Shown here piece after piece: positions 26,901 through 41,900 of a DNA stretch of 64,000 bases. The position numbers were made by a program, and so were the translations under genes. The notes beneath the pieces are model-generated. The model ran no database searches and was not told where the DNA came from. It worked only from the letters and a program-made list of their open reading frames with translations. Source of the DNA: Ophelia neglecta (taxonomy: Eukaryota); NCBI GenBank assembly GCA_965285935.1, contig OZ260661.1, positions 45,756,001 through 45,820,000 on the forward strand. The letters are read 5' to 3'. The stretch's first letter is position 1. Every line of letters starts with the position of its first letter.

Positions 26901-29900
26901 GTGAGATCGTAGATGCATTTGTCTTGACCCAGGACCAACTAAGGATTTAAAAGGTCCTTGTAATGTAAAGAGGAACGGAATTAGACGCACTCAATAGTAA
27001 ATTATATGTTAAATCTGTCGAGTCAACCAGTCACGCTTTGAAAGAGACTTATTCGAAAAAAAATATATATGGAAATCCCCAATTCGGACAAAATATACAT
27101 CTAATTATTCCTTTTAAAAAACAATTCCATGTTTAAATTAGGTAATATCTTCCATTTGTAATGGGGTGTGTGATTTCATGCTATTAATAACGAAAAAATG
27201 TACACACTATAAATAATAATATAAATAACTCTCGTTCGTAGGTAGGCCAATAACCACAGAGTGACCACAATCACCCTAGATCACTGAGGATGAGCGACGC
27301 CAAATAATCGTTGTACCGGGGAATAGACGGATGGCGCCATTGTGAAGCTGCCATTCTGTTAAATGGGCGTTTAGATGGTAAAGCCGCTGCGTTAGATATA
27401 ATAATATCATTCAACAGTGGGAAGTATTCGATGTGAATGGTTTTGTATGGAGAGCTTAGGACAGACCGGTGTGTCGGAAAGGGTCTGAAAGAGGGCAGGC
27501 GCCATGTCGGCTGGCATTTGACAGTAATGTAGCTCTGGCATGCACTGTGTCCAATATACTGCCTTAAATTAAATAAACACTCCAGGAACAACGTACGTCG
27601 AAGCAATATGCCTTTATAAAAACCAAGCTGGTAAATGTATCATATTTTAATTTAGTGTTGGTTGGACAGTTAGTTAAAACACTTTAAGTTTAAAGATACA
27701 CATCTAACATTGACATTTTAATTCTGAACTTCACCCTTTTAACGAACTAGCATTGTCTCTTCAAGCTTAATCGTGTAGCCAGAAAATACCAAGTTACCAA
27801 CCCACGTTGGTTGATGCCTGTAATGACAATGGCCAGATATTAAACACGAAGTACATGTACCTGACTTTATGAGCGAGTTAATGGTAAGAGCCTATTGCAT
27901 TTCGTGGAGTTATTTTCAGCCAACGTGAGTAATCAAAAGGTGTCGCAAAGCCTCTTTTTACGTGTTGTGCTGCTGCCTTTTATACTGACCTAACAGTTGT
28001 CCTTTTTCAAGCTTGTTCAGGATGGTCTCTGTTTTTATGTCTGGCCATAATGTTCAATTTTAAATTATACATCATTCAACTTTCTAATGTACAAGAGAAT
28101 CAGAAGGATTTTATCTATTATATGTAATTTGATGTTGTTTTTGGTCACATTTCGATCATGACTGATGGGTAAACGGCAACTGGGTTTTATATCGGTGTGG
28201 CTGCTTATGATATCACATGAGATAGCCATGCGTGCGGAGTTAACTATATTTATAATACTTTTTATAATTCACACATGCTTTTATCTGAATCCCCTCGATA
28301 ACGTAGAAACCAAGCCTACAAATACCGCCACAGTGCAAATACATAGTAACAAAAGGAAAGATGACTGCAAAGAAGGAAGTGGTCTTTGTTATAATAACCA
28401 GCAAATCGGGTGAACGTTTTCGTTCTTATTTAGGCGAGGAAAGTGCATGTTTACAAGACTTTAAATCAATGCCACAATTGTGACAGTGTTCTTTTTTTGC
28501 GACCGTTTTTATAATTCATTGTATGTTAATCCGAACCTACTTTTTTTCTAGAAGAAAGTAGTCTCGGTGATGCTCAAAGCAGACTCCTTTCTGACTGATG
28601 ACATTATCGCGGATAACAACCTCGCCCAGTCCACTTTGGAACCAACGGCCTTTCCAGTTGTTAGGAAAGTTGCATTTACATTCTGAAAATAAGAAGTAAT
28701 TATCATGAAATATGGTTTATGTGAATCATCTCGTGGTTCAATATGTAACAGGTTATTGCCAACCTCTCATTCCAATGGTTTGATAAACGATGTTAAGAGT
28801 AATCATACATGTTGAAAAGAATATGCAGTACTGCCTATAAATCTCGATTTTTTCAACGGGGTGACTCGCATTCATTGACAAAAGAGCAGTCATTAGAACT
28901 GGATCTTATTGCAATAGTACTTAACCCCGACGAACAGAATCACATAATTTATCATTTTCCAAAACATATTTAAACTTAACTCAATATTGCCATCCTTGGG
29001 TCTATCTCACGCTAAATAATCACAGACAGTTGGAGAAAAACGACCGAGTATTAATGAAACATTAATTTACGTTCCATGTACTAGAGAAAAACCTGTAATT
29101 GGGCAACTACACTTTATCTATTTTTCGGAAAACTGGTACAATAAGGCTCCTGCCAAACAACGATAGTTCAAACCAGCTATTGTAGCACATGAATATATAT
29201 ATGAAGGTAAAAGCAAGCAGTCTACGAGACAAGTAAATCGGCCGTCGTCATTCCCAGATCATCATTTATTTAATCAAATTATTTCGCATCTGAAACAAGG
29301 GGCTCTGGTGCTAAACATAACATTATCATGGCGCCATCATTTCACATAAACTCCTGAAAATATGGACAAAATGATAGGCAGGATAGAAATAACTAGCCTG
29401 GAAAATTGTATCTCGTGCTGTGGATGAATGCACAAATATAATTTAGTCTCGTCTATTCTGTTTGCTGCCAGTTGATTTACTGAGGGAAAGCGAAACTGTA
29501 TTTCAATCAGATAAAGCTAATATAGCCTAAAATGCTTTTACTGTAGAGTGGTTAAATTAGATAACGTGAACATCATTAAAAGAAACATGTATCTTGTCTA
29601 ATTTCTCGGCCAACCTGGGCACTGCCTTCGATTGTGCACATGTATATTAAATTTATATACAAGTAGGTTACACCTTTTTATCGTTGTTATTGAAAACTAT
29701 GGGCATGGGAATGAAAAGGGAAAGGACATTTATCTTGGTGGACGAAGGCACTGAGGGACGGCATCTTGATCTGTTAGGCATTAGTCTATGAATGCACATT
29801 GACGGGGGCGTGGTAAGGTTTCAAAATACCTTGGTTACAGAGACCATTTGACAGTGTGTTACACAAATGATTTATCAATGGCCTCACTTGGCAAAATGAT

Positions 29901-32900
29901 ATTGTGATACCTCTTGTAACACGAAATTCTACGCTTTCCTATCTGTCGCTATTGGCTGAATGTAGTGCTATAAAGTCTACATGAGCCCTGAACATTTAAT
30001 GTGAAACTCGATTCTATCTAAACATGTAGTCACTGGTTATCAGTTAAGAGAGATTGGTGCAGTTAATAGAAATCCGTACTGTAAATTGTCTCTTTACTGC
30101 AGCGGACATTTTGATTGTTTCAATAAAGGCAAATGCAATCGTTAAACATGGTTAGTGTAGTTCTTAGATGAGCATGAGCTATTAAAGTTCAAAACTTTGA
30201 CACAGTGGGACACAAATCTACCATCTAGCGATTTTAACGAAGCCAGTATTTTCAGCTTTACACAGTTTGCATCGCGCATATGGTGCTGTTTTAAGGTAAT
30301 TGGGATTCGCATAATGTTATTACTTTCAAACCATAGCCGACATGCCACACTCTGTTTTTACAGTCCAGACCACCTGCTGAATTATCTATTTCAAACAACA
30401 TAATGTCAGGAGGTATGCTGGGGTTCTGGCATAAGTTTTTCAGCCTCTTGCAATTTTTAAGGGTAGCCATGATAAGTGGTGTGTAGAATATGCAATCATA
30501 GCAGCTACTGATACCTAATGTTTTAGTGCAATCTTATTTAAAACTTCGGTTTTGGGGGTTGATGTTTGTGCATGTGCAGCTACAGGTTCCTGATTATTTC
30601 GACAAGACTTTTAGGGAATTTGATCAATGACTAGTTTCGTCTGCGGGTATCCACCCCGATTAAGTAGAAACTATTCAAAACAATACACATTCGTTATCAA
30701 TACCTTATACCATTAGGTATTGAGTGAAAGGACTATTATTTGTCGGGGCAAAGTCAAACAAGACACTGTACAATTTCATTTAAGGGTTATGAAAAAATGT
30801 AAAAAAAATAACTATCTCTTTTCTGATTCTACATTAAAATTTATCAGACCCATTCGTATCTCTTTCTGCCAAACACAATGAATCACTAAAAGCGGGCAAT
30901 TATTTCGGATGCCCTTTTTAAACAGTACTCATGTGTTTTGTGATAGCCCTTTGAAAGTTGATTATGCGTTCAATGAGCGATAATTCAAATTTCAAATCTC
31001 TTTCCCATGTCCACAGTAACGTATTTACGAGTGACTGGCACAGTCATTTCAATTGACAGTTCAAGGCATTTTTGTTCATAATCAATTCCGCAGGAAATGC
31101 CTCCATCAGGGGCTGAACTTACCATTTCGGGGAATATTGGTTATGGAACGATAATTGAGTGGAGGCAACCTTGGCTATGCAGATAAACTCGCATAATGGG
31201 TATATTTATGATTGTCATTGCCAATCTCCTTGTTATAACCAATTATGTATACATTGAATATTCTAGAGTATGTCCAACATTGTGAAGAATAATAGGAAAC
31301 TATCGCTCAGGACAGATATTGATTAGCATCCCAATGCCATAGCCCAGTAGGGCCACCGCCATGCAAATGACAGATAAAAGCCTGTCCGGGTTGAATAAAG
31401 CCCCTTTGTATGGAGTGGTTTTGTCTCCAAAAATCGATCTCAGTTACCGCCACAGGTGGTAGACGAAATTATAATCTCCATTTTACTGCTAAGTACCCCC
31501 CGGACAAAAAAACCACATCAATCAAATTAAACAAATTAACTGTTCTATTTATGAAAGAATAATGTTCATTTTGCGTCTTTAGAATAGGATGACAATGGTT
31601 CTTTTTACCTACCTTTGGGTATGCACTGAAACTGCCTTGGTTTTTGTTCAACAATACAAATTTATAATTTGAGGATTTGACCACATATACAACATCTTGA
31701 TTTAAATAATTTATTCAATGCTATACTTTAATCATGTGATACAAATGAGGCTTTCGTGAAATGAAAATCTGGCTTAAATTTATTTGTATTAAAAGTCAGT
31801 TGAACACCATACAATGCATAAACAATGGCACCATCATGTTTATATCAGCCACACTAATACTCCTATTTGGTACCACACTAATACTCCTATTTGGTACCAC
31901 ACTAATACTCCTATTTCGTACCACACTAATACTCTTATTTGGTACCACACTAATACTCCTGTTTGGTGCTACCACACTAATGCTCCTATTTGGTACCACA
32001 CTAATACTCCTATTTAGTGCGTGCGTGCGTCCGATTTATAATAATATAATCGATTGTTGCAGATGCACGTGCACAGGCACAATTAAATTGTGATTGGTTA
32101 CCTTAAACAAGATAACGTCATCTTTATTACTATCTGACGATGTAGAGACCGTAGAAATCTATCAAATTCCTACTTTATACAGTGTAAAAGTCACAGAAAA
32201 ACAGTATCTGCCTATATTATATTAGAGTCAGATAGAAGTTGATATGAGGTTTTTATTCATGTCAAGCGACTGTTCGGAAACAACGGTTGTGATTTCTCGT
32301 AATTTATTTTGATTTCCTACTTTTCGCTCATCGAGTGTATTATTCGCTCAAGAGATATATACTATATAATAACGTGTATGCTGAACATGAAGTGAATATT
32401 CAATGCTGAATGTGTATATTCAGCATTGATTTAAAAATATATTTTCAGTTCCAGTCACATTTTAGGTGATAGTTAAATTGTATTCGCCTGGGTTTATAGT
32501 TTATACAGGTTTTAAACGAAATTGCAAACTGAAATCTACATGTATCATGTATTTCTTCTTTACCACGAGAAAATGTACGAACGATGTCATATTTGGGCTT
32601 ATAGAATGATATTCTGTCTAAATCCATATGAAGAGATTTTAACCACAACCGATTGATTTCAATTTAAATGAACAGTACATAGCTAACTGGTGCAATATAG
32701 TTCTGAATGATACATGCCAATAAGCGCGGTGAAAATGGGGAAAAAATCGATGTATTGATTTGTACAAATAATTATTGCACGCAAAATGAACACCCGGAGA
32801 GTTCTCCGTGAGCTCAAGGACCACGTCCCCAGAGTCCATATGCCTCTTTTATCATCATGCAACTACTGTTGAGACTACAGACTAAACAGCTATCCCAAGT

Positions 32901-35900
32901 GGATGTTTTTTGGCAGTCAATGATAAGGTTATGATCTGTAGTATAATGTCCGCTCATGAGAGATTATAAAGCGTGTAACTTTTTCTCTTAGAATAAGTGA
33001 CGTGCCCGCGAAATACTCAATGGAACAAATGATTTTAAGCTAATATAGAAAAGCATTCGTTAAGTACGTAAAACATTTTTTTTTTTCAATTCATTGATAT
33101 TCTGCTACTCAAAGTCCGAGCACACAAGTCCAAATGGACATATTGTGACATATCACGAAGAAAAGAGCTTTACGTGGTTATTGCTTAACACAAGAAAAAA
33201 GAAACGACAGCAAGCCAATACGCCTGTTAATGGTAATACGATTCCGATACATATGAAGATAACCCAAAAGGAATAAGCGAGAACTTTAAGCTTGCTACAA
33301 TGATCATATCACATTAGATACTTCACCATAAAGTGCCTCGAAGAGACTACGATAAAACTAAATAATTATGATATTTCATGGGCGAGCTTATTTAATATCA
33401 TTTCGGAATGCATATAGGTACTTTTCACAACTTAGTTGTTATAATAAGGCAAAAACTATAGAGCTGGTATATATCTTATTCGTGAAATATCTGAAAATAG
33501 GAATCATGGACTGCCACAGTATATATTCTATCATCAAAGGAGAATACTAAAATAACTTAAAATATTATTCCAAACTTTTTAATTGGACGATGGTGCACCT
33601 TAGAATTATTTCATTTTCAACACATTTGTTTATTGTCTTTCTTCTACAATGAAGAAACCTCTTATAAACATTAAACATGCTTACTGCAGTCTAATAAATA
33701 AATTGCTAACATTGTGTTGAAATGGGCAAAGACGAAACATCAGGCCAATTGCTGTTTTGCATGATAATCGCCATTTTTGCATCAATTAAGCATTGGAATT
33801 GTTGTGAATGATTCTGACTAATTGATCTGTGTGTTTTATTTTAAGAAAAATTGATGAACAGGAGGCAGCAAAATAAACATGTTAAATGACTGGGACTAGC
33901 GGCATTTAGGGCAGACTGACAAGGCTCTTTGTTAATTTGAAATATGCTTTTGTTTTTGTATCAATTACTGATCTGTTGAAGCAAGAATATTGGAGATCAT
34001 TGTCCTTCTCCCCGGGCCTGATTGATCTCCTGGCTGAAAGAGTCCTGCGCTTGTGCTATCATTCATAGGGCATAGAGTTCTACAATAATTCTGAATTGTC
34101 ACTGTAATTCCAATTAGCAATATGCAACCGTATAACAGTCAGCATCAATAACCTAACAAGAGTGAAATGGTGAAAGCTGCTTGAAATGTGTAGGAACTGT
34201 GTGTGTCTAACGGATGACAATTATTATTTCTGTAAGCACGCCAATGCACCAAAGGCACGTTGCATCTGATACAAATATTTATTTGACGCGGATTCTGCAG
34301 TTGAAAGTATAAAACTTTAAGTTGTTTTTGTGAAGGTAAATATTAATGGAGGCAGAGTAAACTGTGACATTGCATTAATTTGGAACATTCATTAGTGAAA
34401 CAACTCAGCACTGCCCACAGGACTCAATGCGTTTTACAGGGTGAAAGTATACTAAAATTACCAAGCCATTTTTAACGCCATATTTTCTTCGGTATTATAA
34501 GGCAGAGGCTGGAACATTTGTTTCCAAAATTTCTACATATCCACCAGGCGTGTTCGTTGGCTGATGAAGGTTTGAAGAATTGCGATCAAGAAAAAAACTG
34601 CCGGTTTGTGAGCAATCATTCGCTCCGTTGACGAGACTAAAGGGCAATAGGTGAATGCGACTGGGACAAGTAACGGAAAATGATCGATTTTTCTAGCGAA
34701 AGACAAAAAAATTCCAGTTGGAGAAAATATATAGTGGCCACCACGGCTACAAACTACGATTGCAAACTCAATTCGAACAAATGGAGGTATTTACGGGTAA
34801 AGGGGACAATAATTCATCCAAACTGAAAGTACATATTATATCTAATCTTTGCATGATGATTCTCTGCCTAGGTTCTCCTATCTATCATCTTAGGAAAAAG
34901 ATACTTGAACACATTCCATGTCAGGAATCATTGGTCGAAAGTAATATTGTTGTTTCCTGATGACAAGTACATTAGAATCATACAAACCTTTCTTGAAGAA
35001 GTACAATTACTAAAATTTATTATAAGTGTCTTTATAAATGTCTGCTTCAGGGTTAGTCACCCAAAATAAAGGCCAGAAGGAAGGGCCAGCGATATATTTC
35101 AGATTTAGATAAGTCACATTTCTAGCATGTTTTCTATTCACCGAGGTTGAGATGACTTCATTAACCTTCCAGACCACTTGCCGGTGATGACTATTTTCAA
35201 ACAACACAGTTTCGGGAGGTAAGCTGAGGTTTCGGCTCTACTGGCTTGGCGCCGTTATAATGATTGCAGTCACAAGTGTTTTGCTAGATAAGATCAGAGA
35301 ACCATATGCAATGGCCAGAGTAAGTCATGGGTTAACTGCGGTCATGCCTTGGACCATTACCTTTACTCGAAAGGAACAACTGCTCCTGTACAACTGTTAA
35401 ACGGCCAAGCTGCTGCGTGGAAAAATAACACGTATTAATGGAAAAACGGACATAAAGAAACACAATATTTCAAGGATGGACGTAGCAAATACTTTTGAAA
35501 CCCATTGAAATTGTACGTCTCTTCTTATCTCTCATTCACTTTAGAAATGATATAATGCTATTCACATGGATTATTTGTCCATCAGTAGAAAATTACTAGA
35601 CACTGTTACAGCTTCTGGCAAGTTTATTTTTCAATTGCAAAACTCGAAGCCAATATTCGTTTCAATTCCCGAACAATTATGTACTAGAATTGGTTGTGAA
35701 AGCTTCCGACTAAATTAATTATGTGTGTTAGTTAAGGAATAATAAATGAACAGGAGGCAGCTCAATAGACATGGTAAATGCAGGTTACTCGCGACAGATA
35801 GTACTGTATGTATGAGAATAGCAATGTCGATTATCCTAGTGTTAGCTAGTTGGCGTTTTATTGGTGCAATTACTTTTCACTAGACGGTTACCTGAAGAAA

Positions 35901-38900
35901 AAGTAGACATTGTTTTTGCGTGTGCTTCAATAATCTGATTACCAAATAATTACCGCTTCCGTTAATGGAGGCATCGACAGCGTGTTTAATATTTGCCATG
36001 TACCATGGGGCATTGTTGTCCAAACAGTCACTTTCGTGTCGTTCTAATTTCGCCTAAACAGTTCTATTTTCTTAACAGATTCACAGAGAATCAGGTAATA
36101 TGTGTCTCAGAGAAGAGAGAACACCATCTGCTAGGGATGCGAGGAAAGTCTCTTACATATACATGACCTCAGGATTGATCCAATAAACAATAATCATTAC
36201 GTTAACTCCTTATTACACCGCAAGTAAAGTGCATTGTATACAATATTCATAAGATAATGGTCATAAAAACATATATAGCTATGTCGGTGCACAGTACGCA
36301 ATTAAGTCTATTTTTTCTATTGCACACTTGTTATATCTCGGCACATAAGACCGTTATAGCGCTGGCTAATACTCGTGGACTCATAGACGTAACTCGTGGT
36401 CTTTTTGTCGTTTTATTCGTAAAACATTAGACTGCGTCTCGATTTTAAGTCCACCTGGAAGGATCACGAGTCACCCCCTATGTAACTTGAACATCATCAT
36501 TGAGCAAATCCGACTCATGTGCGTCAGCAGACCTCACTTCAAATGGTTGAATATAACGTTACATATAATGGATCTATATTTTATCAAGGCGTTTTTAGGT
36601 AACTTGTGTTCGTGCTGTCGCAAAAAATAGGCACTCGTTTGGACAAAGCTAAACATGTTTTGCCGCGGGAAATAGTCATTCACTTTGTGGCATAGGCAAA
36701 ACCTATAGGCAACAAGTAGAGGAACGATCAGCAGACTCTTATATGCTTGCTTTATCTGGAGAGACACTTTTCCGGTTACAATCTACGTGTCCCGGTGAAT
36801 TCGCAGCCAATGAAATGAATAGAAATATCTAGCGCTATCTCTCCCCGACCGGGTAGCAATCGAGCGCCATTTTGAAGCCAATGGTTGCAACATAATTTGA
36901 TACTGATAAAATTACTCAGCCATTAAGGGCAGGAACACCCGTCGTCGAGCACTCAACATTAGATAACACATGATGTATCTGTATGCACATTTCCCTGTAG
37001 CACATGGTCCTGTAGACATACTCCAAACGTTGGTAAACGTACATCATACACAATAATACAGGAAATTCCGGGCAGAGAAAAACATTATACACAAACCATC
37101 ATTTTGTTTGGGTAATATAAAAAAAAAGCTTTCTATATCTCAAAGCCAACTTTTACGACAGATTCCACCTTGATATAAATGTGCAATCAGATTTTTCGAG
37201 AGAATAAAATTATCTTATTATGATCAGTATTGTGTGTCTTGCTTTATCTGGAATATAATAAATAGGATGCATATAAAAGGGCACGCATGGTCACAAAAGG
37301 AGCATAGAAAAGACCCCAGTAAAGTTAAATTTTCGAAAGGGTCCAGGTGACATGAAGTGATATATCCAGGATAGCAGTCGAAATTTAATAAAGATACTTC
37401 CCCTACCCTTACTTATAATTCAATGTGCAAATCTTTTCCATAGCCAGTAATTGCCGACCAATAAAAGATCAATAGATTAGTTGTGATATTAGTTTAAAAA
37501 CAAATTGCGAGTGCCTTTAAAGTGGAGCGGACACCTGGAGAACAAAGCAAAATCATTGGCCCAAAATCATCAGGAACCATCAGCAGCCAAGCGCACCTTC
37601 TGATATCAATCCCCAGCTCCTTAATAACAAGAAGCTTAAGCTGGTAACGAAATTTACGATAAAAATTTACATTAATATCACTTGCAAAGCGTAGTATTCA
37701 TTATTTTTCTTTGGTGTGAGTCAGAACGCACAACAAACGAGTGATAGTTGAGATGTGAGGCACGTGAAGTCAAACAGTGTTGTAATCGTCGCTTCCCACA
37801 AGAGATTCACAGTTTAGACAGACGTATTTTACCCTTGTACCCGGGGAAGCCTTCAGAAATATTTTGGGATATCCTCGTCAAACCTCCTTTTCCTGCTAAG
37901 TTAAGGGAAATCGAATCGAAAAATAAAGGGAAGTGTGTAGAGCACCAAACAAACCTGAAATGGAACCACAAGCTATATAGCCTTGCTTAGCTGAATTTAT
38001 ATTTACCTCAAGAAAGTTATTGAACGTTAGTGTGAAATTCTTTCTGGGCTTTATAAAATTGTATGATATACTCTGCTCAGCACGACAATGTGTGTTTCTC
38101 TTAATCATAATATATGACATCGTGTCTACAATTCTGAATTCGCGCATTCAGAAGTTTCACCTTATAACAATTTGCATGCGTATATGTCTTTGAGAGAAAG
38201 GCATGATACTGGCTTGTGTTAATGCAAGTCAATGGCAAATGGGCTCAACCTCGACTAGGGGCCAAAACAGGAATAACGACCTACTCGTCATCTGCCCAAA
38301 TAAACCTGACTAAGATCTATTATGCTATACCGTTTGTCGCCTGTCAATAAGAAGATGAGAACTGACCTTTTCCCTCCCTATCAAGATCCAGATTCTGCTG
38401 TGAACATATACCTAATTTGCTTAACTACTAGCCCCTCATTGATCCCATTAATTCCGTAATGTATATGGAAATGTGGGGTGAATCAGAAGTCACCCTGGCT
38501 GACCTGTTGGTCGTGCACCTTGATTCGAGGCAGTGATCTTGATTTTGTGGTCAATACCACATATATGTAAGCTCAATATATAAACGGGGTGCTGGCTGAG
38601 TTCATCTTTTTGTTTCCAATTAAGCAATGTAAACCAATAACTATATAACAGGTCAAGAATTTTCAGGTGCTCTATATAAACCACTATGTGACACATTTCA
38701 CACAGAGTCTGCACATTCAAGTTTCAGCGTCAACCCAGGCGAAATATTTAGATAAAGTTTATTCGGTTTCAATTGACCATTCATTAATATTTATTCGTGG
38801 AAAACATTTCTTCATCAGCACACTGATGTAGGCAAAACTGTCTATAGAGAGATTTTAACAAATATTTTGTCTTATTGAATAATAAGTAAAGCATAAATGT

Positions 38901-41900
38901 AGACCAATAATATTTGCCTATTTTGCAAAGTGCTGTTGTCAAACGATACTATTCCAAGTTACATACATGTCCAAAGGAGACATTCAACGCCGCGTTTTCC
39001 GTTGTTTTGGCTTTGAGTTCTAAGAAACGCCAGGTATTTTTATAGACAATTGTCCAACTAACGTAGGAGGCAAGGGATATGGTATCTTGTGTCCCAAGTT
39101 TAAGGACAAGATCGACCAATGGAATTTCATTTCGTTGGAAAGCTAGAAACAAGTTTCAGTCAACCCAACTCAATTTCAATATTGCAAACTGGTCACGACT
39201 TACATTCAATCATAATATGTAAGTAAGTACTATAACACTGAGAAATGAGAAACGTGCCATAAACGAGGCGTAAATATAGTCATTGGACTTGAATAATCGT
39301 GATGACGGGGGACCAGACACCATGGCCAAGTTGGGAATTTATTTCAAAATAACCATAATCAAAAATCCCCTCAAATTACGAAGTTTGCAGGTGTGATTTT
39401 GGCAGCAACCATTTATTTAAATAGCAGGTGGCTTAATAGTGTTCAAATGCCAACAATTGTACCTTTTTTCTTATTGCTAATGTAAACTTTAACCATATAT
39501 AGGCTCCCATTATTTCTAGAAACCTAGTAATAAAGGCGATTAAGAAGGCGAAGTACCTGATGGAGATGTATTAAGGTGTTTCAATGTTTCAATCCCATTA
39601 TATTAATCAATTGCTTCCAGAAACCCTAGCGTGTAATATCTGCAATCTTATCGTTCCTGTTATATTGAGACGAGAAGCTGGTGGGGAGGGTGCCGGCCTT
39701 TGTTCTATATATAGCCCGTGAGACCAGTTATGTGAGATATTGGTATATATGCACTGTCTAAAATGATTCGAATAGGTCAATGAAGAGATACGAAATGAAA
39801 TCCTCGCAATTGTAATAGAAAATTCATTGCAGAAGCAGTGGGAGTGAAAAAGTAATACTGTTTCTCTTATTATTTTGGGCAGTAAACAAGTGCAATTATT
39901 GGAAACAATAAACGAAGTCGTCCAAACAATGCGCAACTGCCATATAAACTCTTTTTGGTGAGTAACATAGTGCGATGCAAAGGAAGAAGAAGTAAATGCA
40001 TGTAACCCATTTACTCGAAATCAGAATCTTGTCAAGCATAGTACGCTCTTTCATTGTACTTGTTTTATTTTACATGTACACTTGTATTATGTTCTTCGTA
40101 CAAACGTAGCATGGGTGAGGCATCTGTATAGGAAGAATCGACGAACATGTATTCCTGATTTAGACCCAGACAACAGGTATACCGCCATCCTGACATAGTT
40201 GGCATGCCACTCTGTTCACCCTAGTTAAGACGAAATCATTAACCTCCCAAACCACCTGCTCGAGTGGTCTATTTTCAAACAACATCGTTTCAGAAGGTAC
40301 GTCGAACTTTTGGCATTAAGTATTGGCTTGGCGCCTTTATAAACGTAGCAATGGTAAGTGCTCTGGTAGATAAAATCGAAAAAAATATTTGATAGCTAAA
40401 GGTCAGGGGTTGACCGGGGTTTGGGATGTTCCAGCCAATACTTAGAAATCGTTTCAAAATCACAGAAACATCATTCAATCGATTTGCTTTATGCTTCTCA
40501 CGTTAGAGGCAGCAAGATAATGAGTAATATAGGTTTTCTTTGTCAACCAGGATGGCAACGTTTTAATTTCCAAGAAGCCATAACCAGCTATTTGTATATA
40601 TTAAGCCAAATGACCAGGGTGGGCTACCCATCGGGGGACTGTTATAAAGCCGCTAAATACTCGCAGAAATGTCGTCCAACAATTAAGATTTTTTCATCTA
40701 ATGGAGTACAGAGGCGGCAAAAAACGGCATTGTCTCTTCTTACTTGTTAGCAAGGAAAAGATGTAATAAGAAGAGATATTTATAGACTATACCAATAACT
40801 ACGTAAAAATCTACTTTATAGAGATTTCTTGAGCTGTCAAGCAAGCATTCGAAGGCCATCAGTAAAACAGAACTATGGCAATAAAGAGTCCTGGAAGCCT
40901 GGTTGTATGGCAGAAACACACAGTTATTCATGCTTTAAGTTATTTCCATCAAATTTTATTAGGTTTTTCAGAATCTATGATATTTTTGCATCGAGAAATC
41001 TCAGTCTTATTGATAATAGAAAATGGCTCTTCCTCGCCGATGTTGGTGTCCACTCAATGCAGTTAGAAAGTACGCGGAGTGACACATATACTACATGGAT
41101 ATTTGCCTGTTTTCAATGTAGTTGTTATTTAGAGTATCTTGTAAAGACTGTTGCTAAAGCAGGAATCAAATGATCGAGTGCGCTTATAAATTTAAATATA
41201 TACGCACTGTGATATTAATGCATCATTGGTTTTCATTCCAACGAGAAAGAGGCGGGTTTGTGAACAGGTGGAAGGGTGGAATAATGGAACTATACAAAAA
41301 CTGTAGTGTGGTAAGCTGTTTATCTGTAATGCATTGATTGTACAATACGCCAACACCGACTACAAAGAGGGATAATATTGTTTTATGTTTGACGGTACAA
41401 TGTACATTTATGATACAGACGAAGAAGCGTTTTTTCCGTGAGATCTACATATGGAAAGTTGATATTTTGAGATCCGTGTTATTTAACAAATATTCGATTG
41501 ATAGTAAAAGGTTTGAAAGTGTAGAGCGCACCACACAAAAAATTGGATTTAAAAGGGATACTTATCTAATTGATGGCATTTCTCTTTTAATTATACGTAA
41601 ACTAAAAATAAAAAATGTCAAATAGGTTTGAACTGCATCCTAACTGCAGCTTTCAAACGAATAGCATAATATGAGGTGACCATAGATGAGACAAAACATC
41701 TGGCTGCCAGATGATTGTAAACTAAGTAAATCAGATGTGTGCTACAGATGTGTATAACAAAGCCCATTTGTTAAGAGTATTAATGTAACAATCGTTTCGA
41801 TTTGGGTACCCAACCCACCCCTCGTTCCAATGTGTTCGCAACTAGCTCATTTTCTATGATTAAATCTTAACATTGACCAACAACATGCATCCGAACGTAA

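Noticed and set aside
31761-32093. Repetitive ORFs (TLILLFGT)n, (HTNTPIWY)n, (VVPNRSIS)n; superficially CRISPR-like array
   Set aside because: Pure head-to-tail 24-bp minisatellite with no spacers or cas genes; the ORFs follow from the unit length.
32130-32175. Hammerhead-like CTGACGA...GAAA
   Set aside because: Stem II is only about 3 weak pairs and there is no convincing stem I/III. CTGANGA hits at ~25004 and ~34561 also lack the fold.
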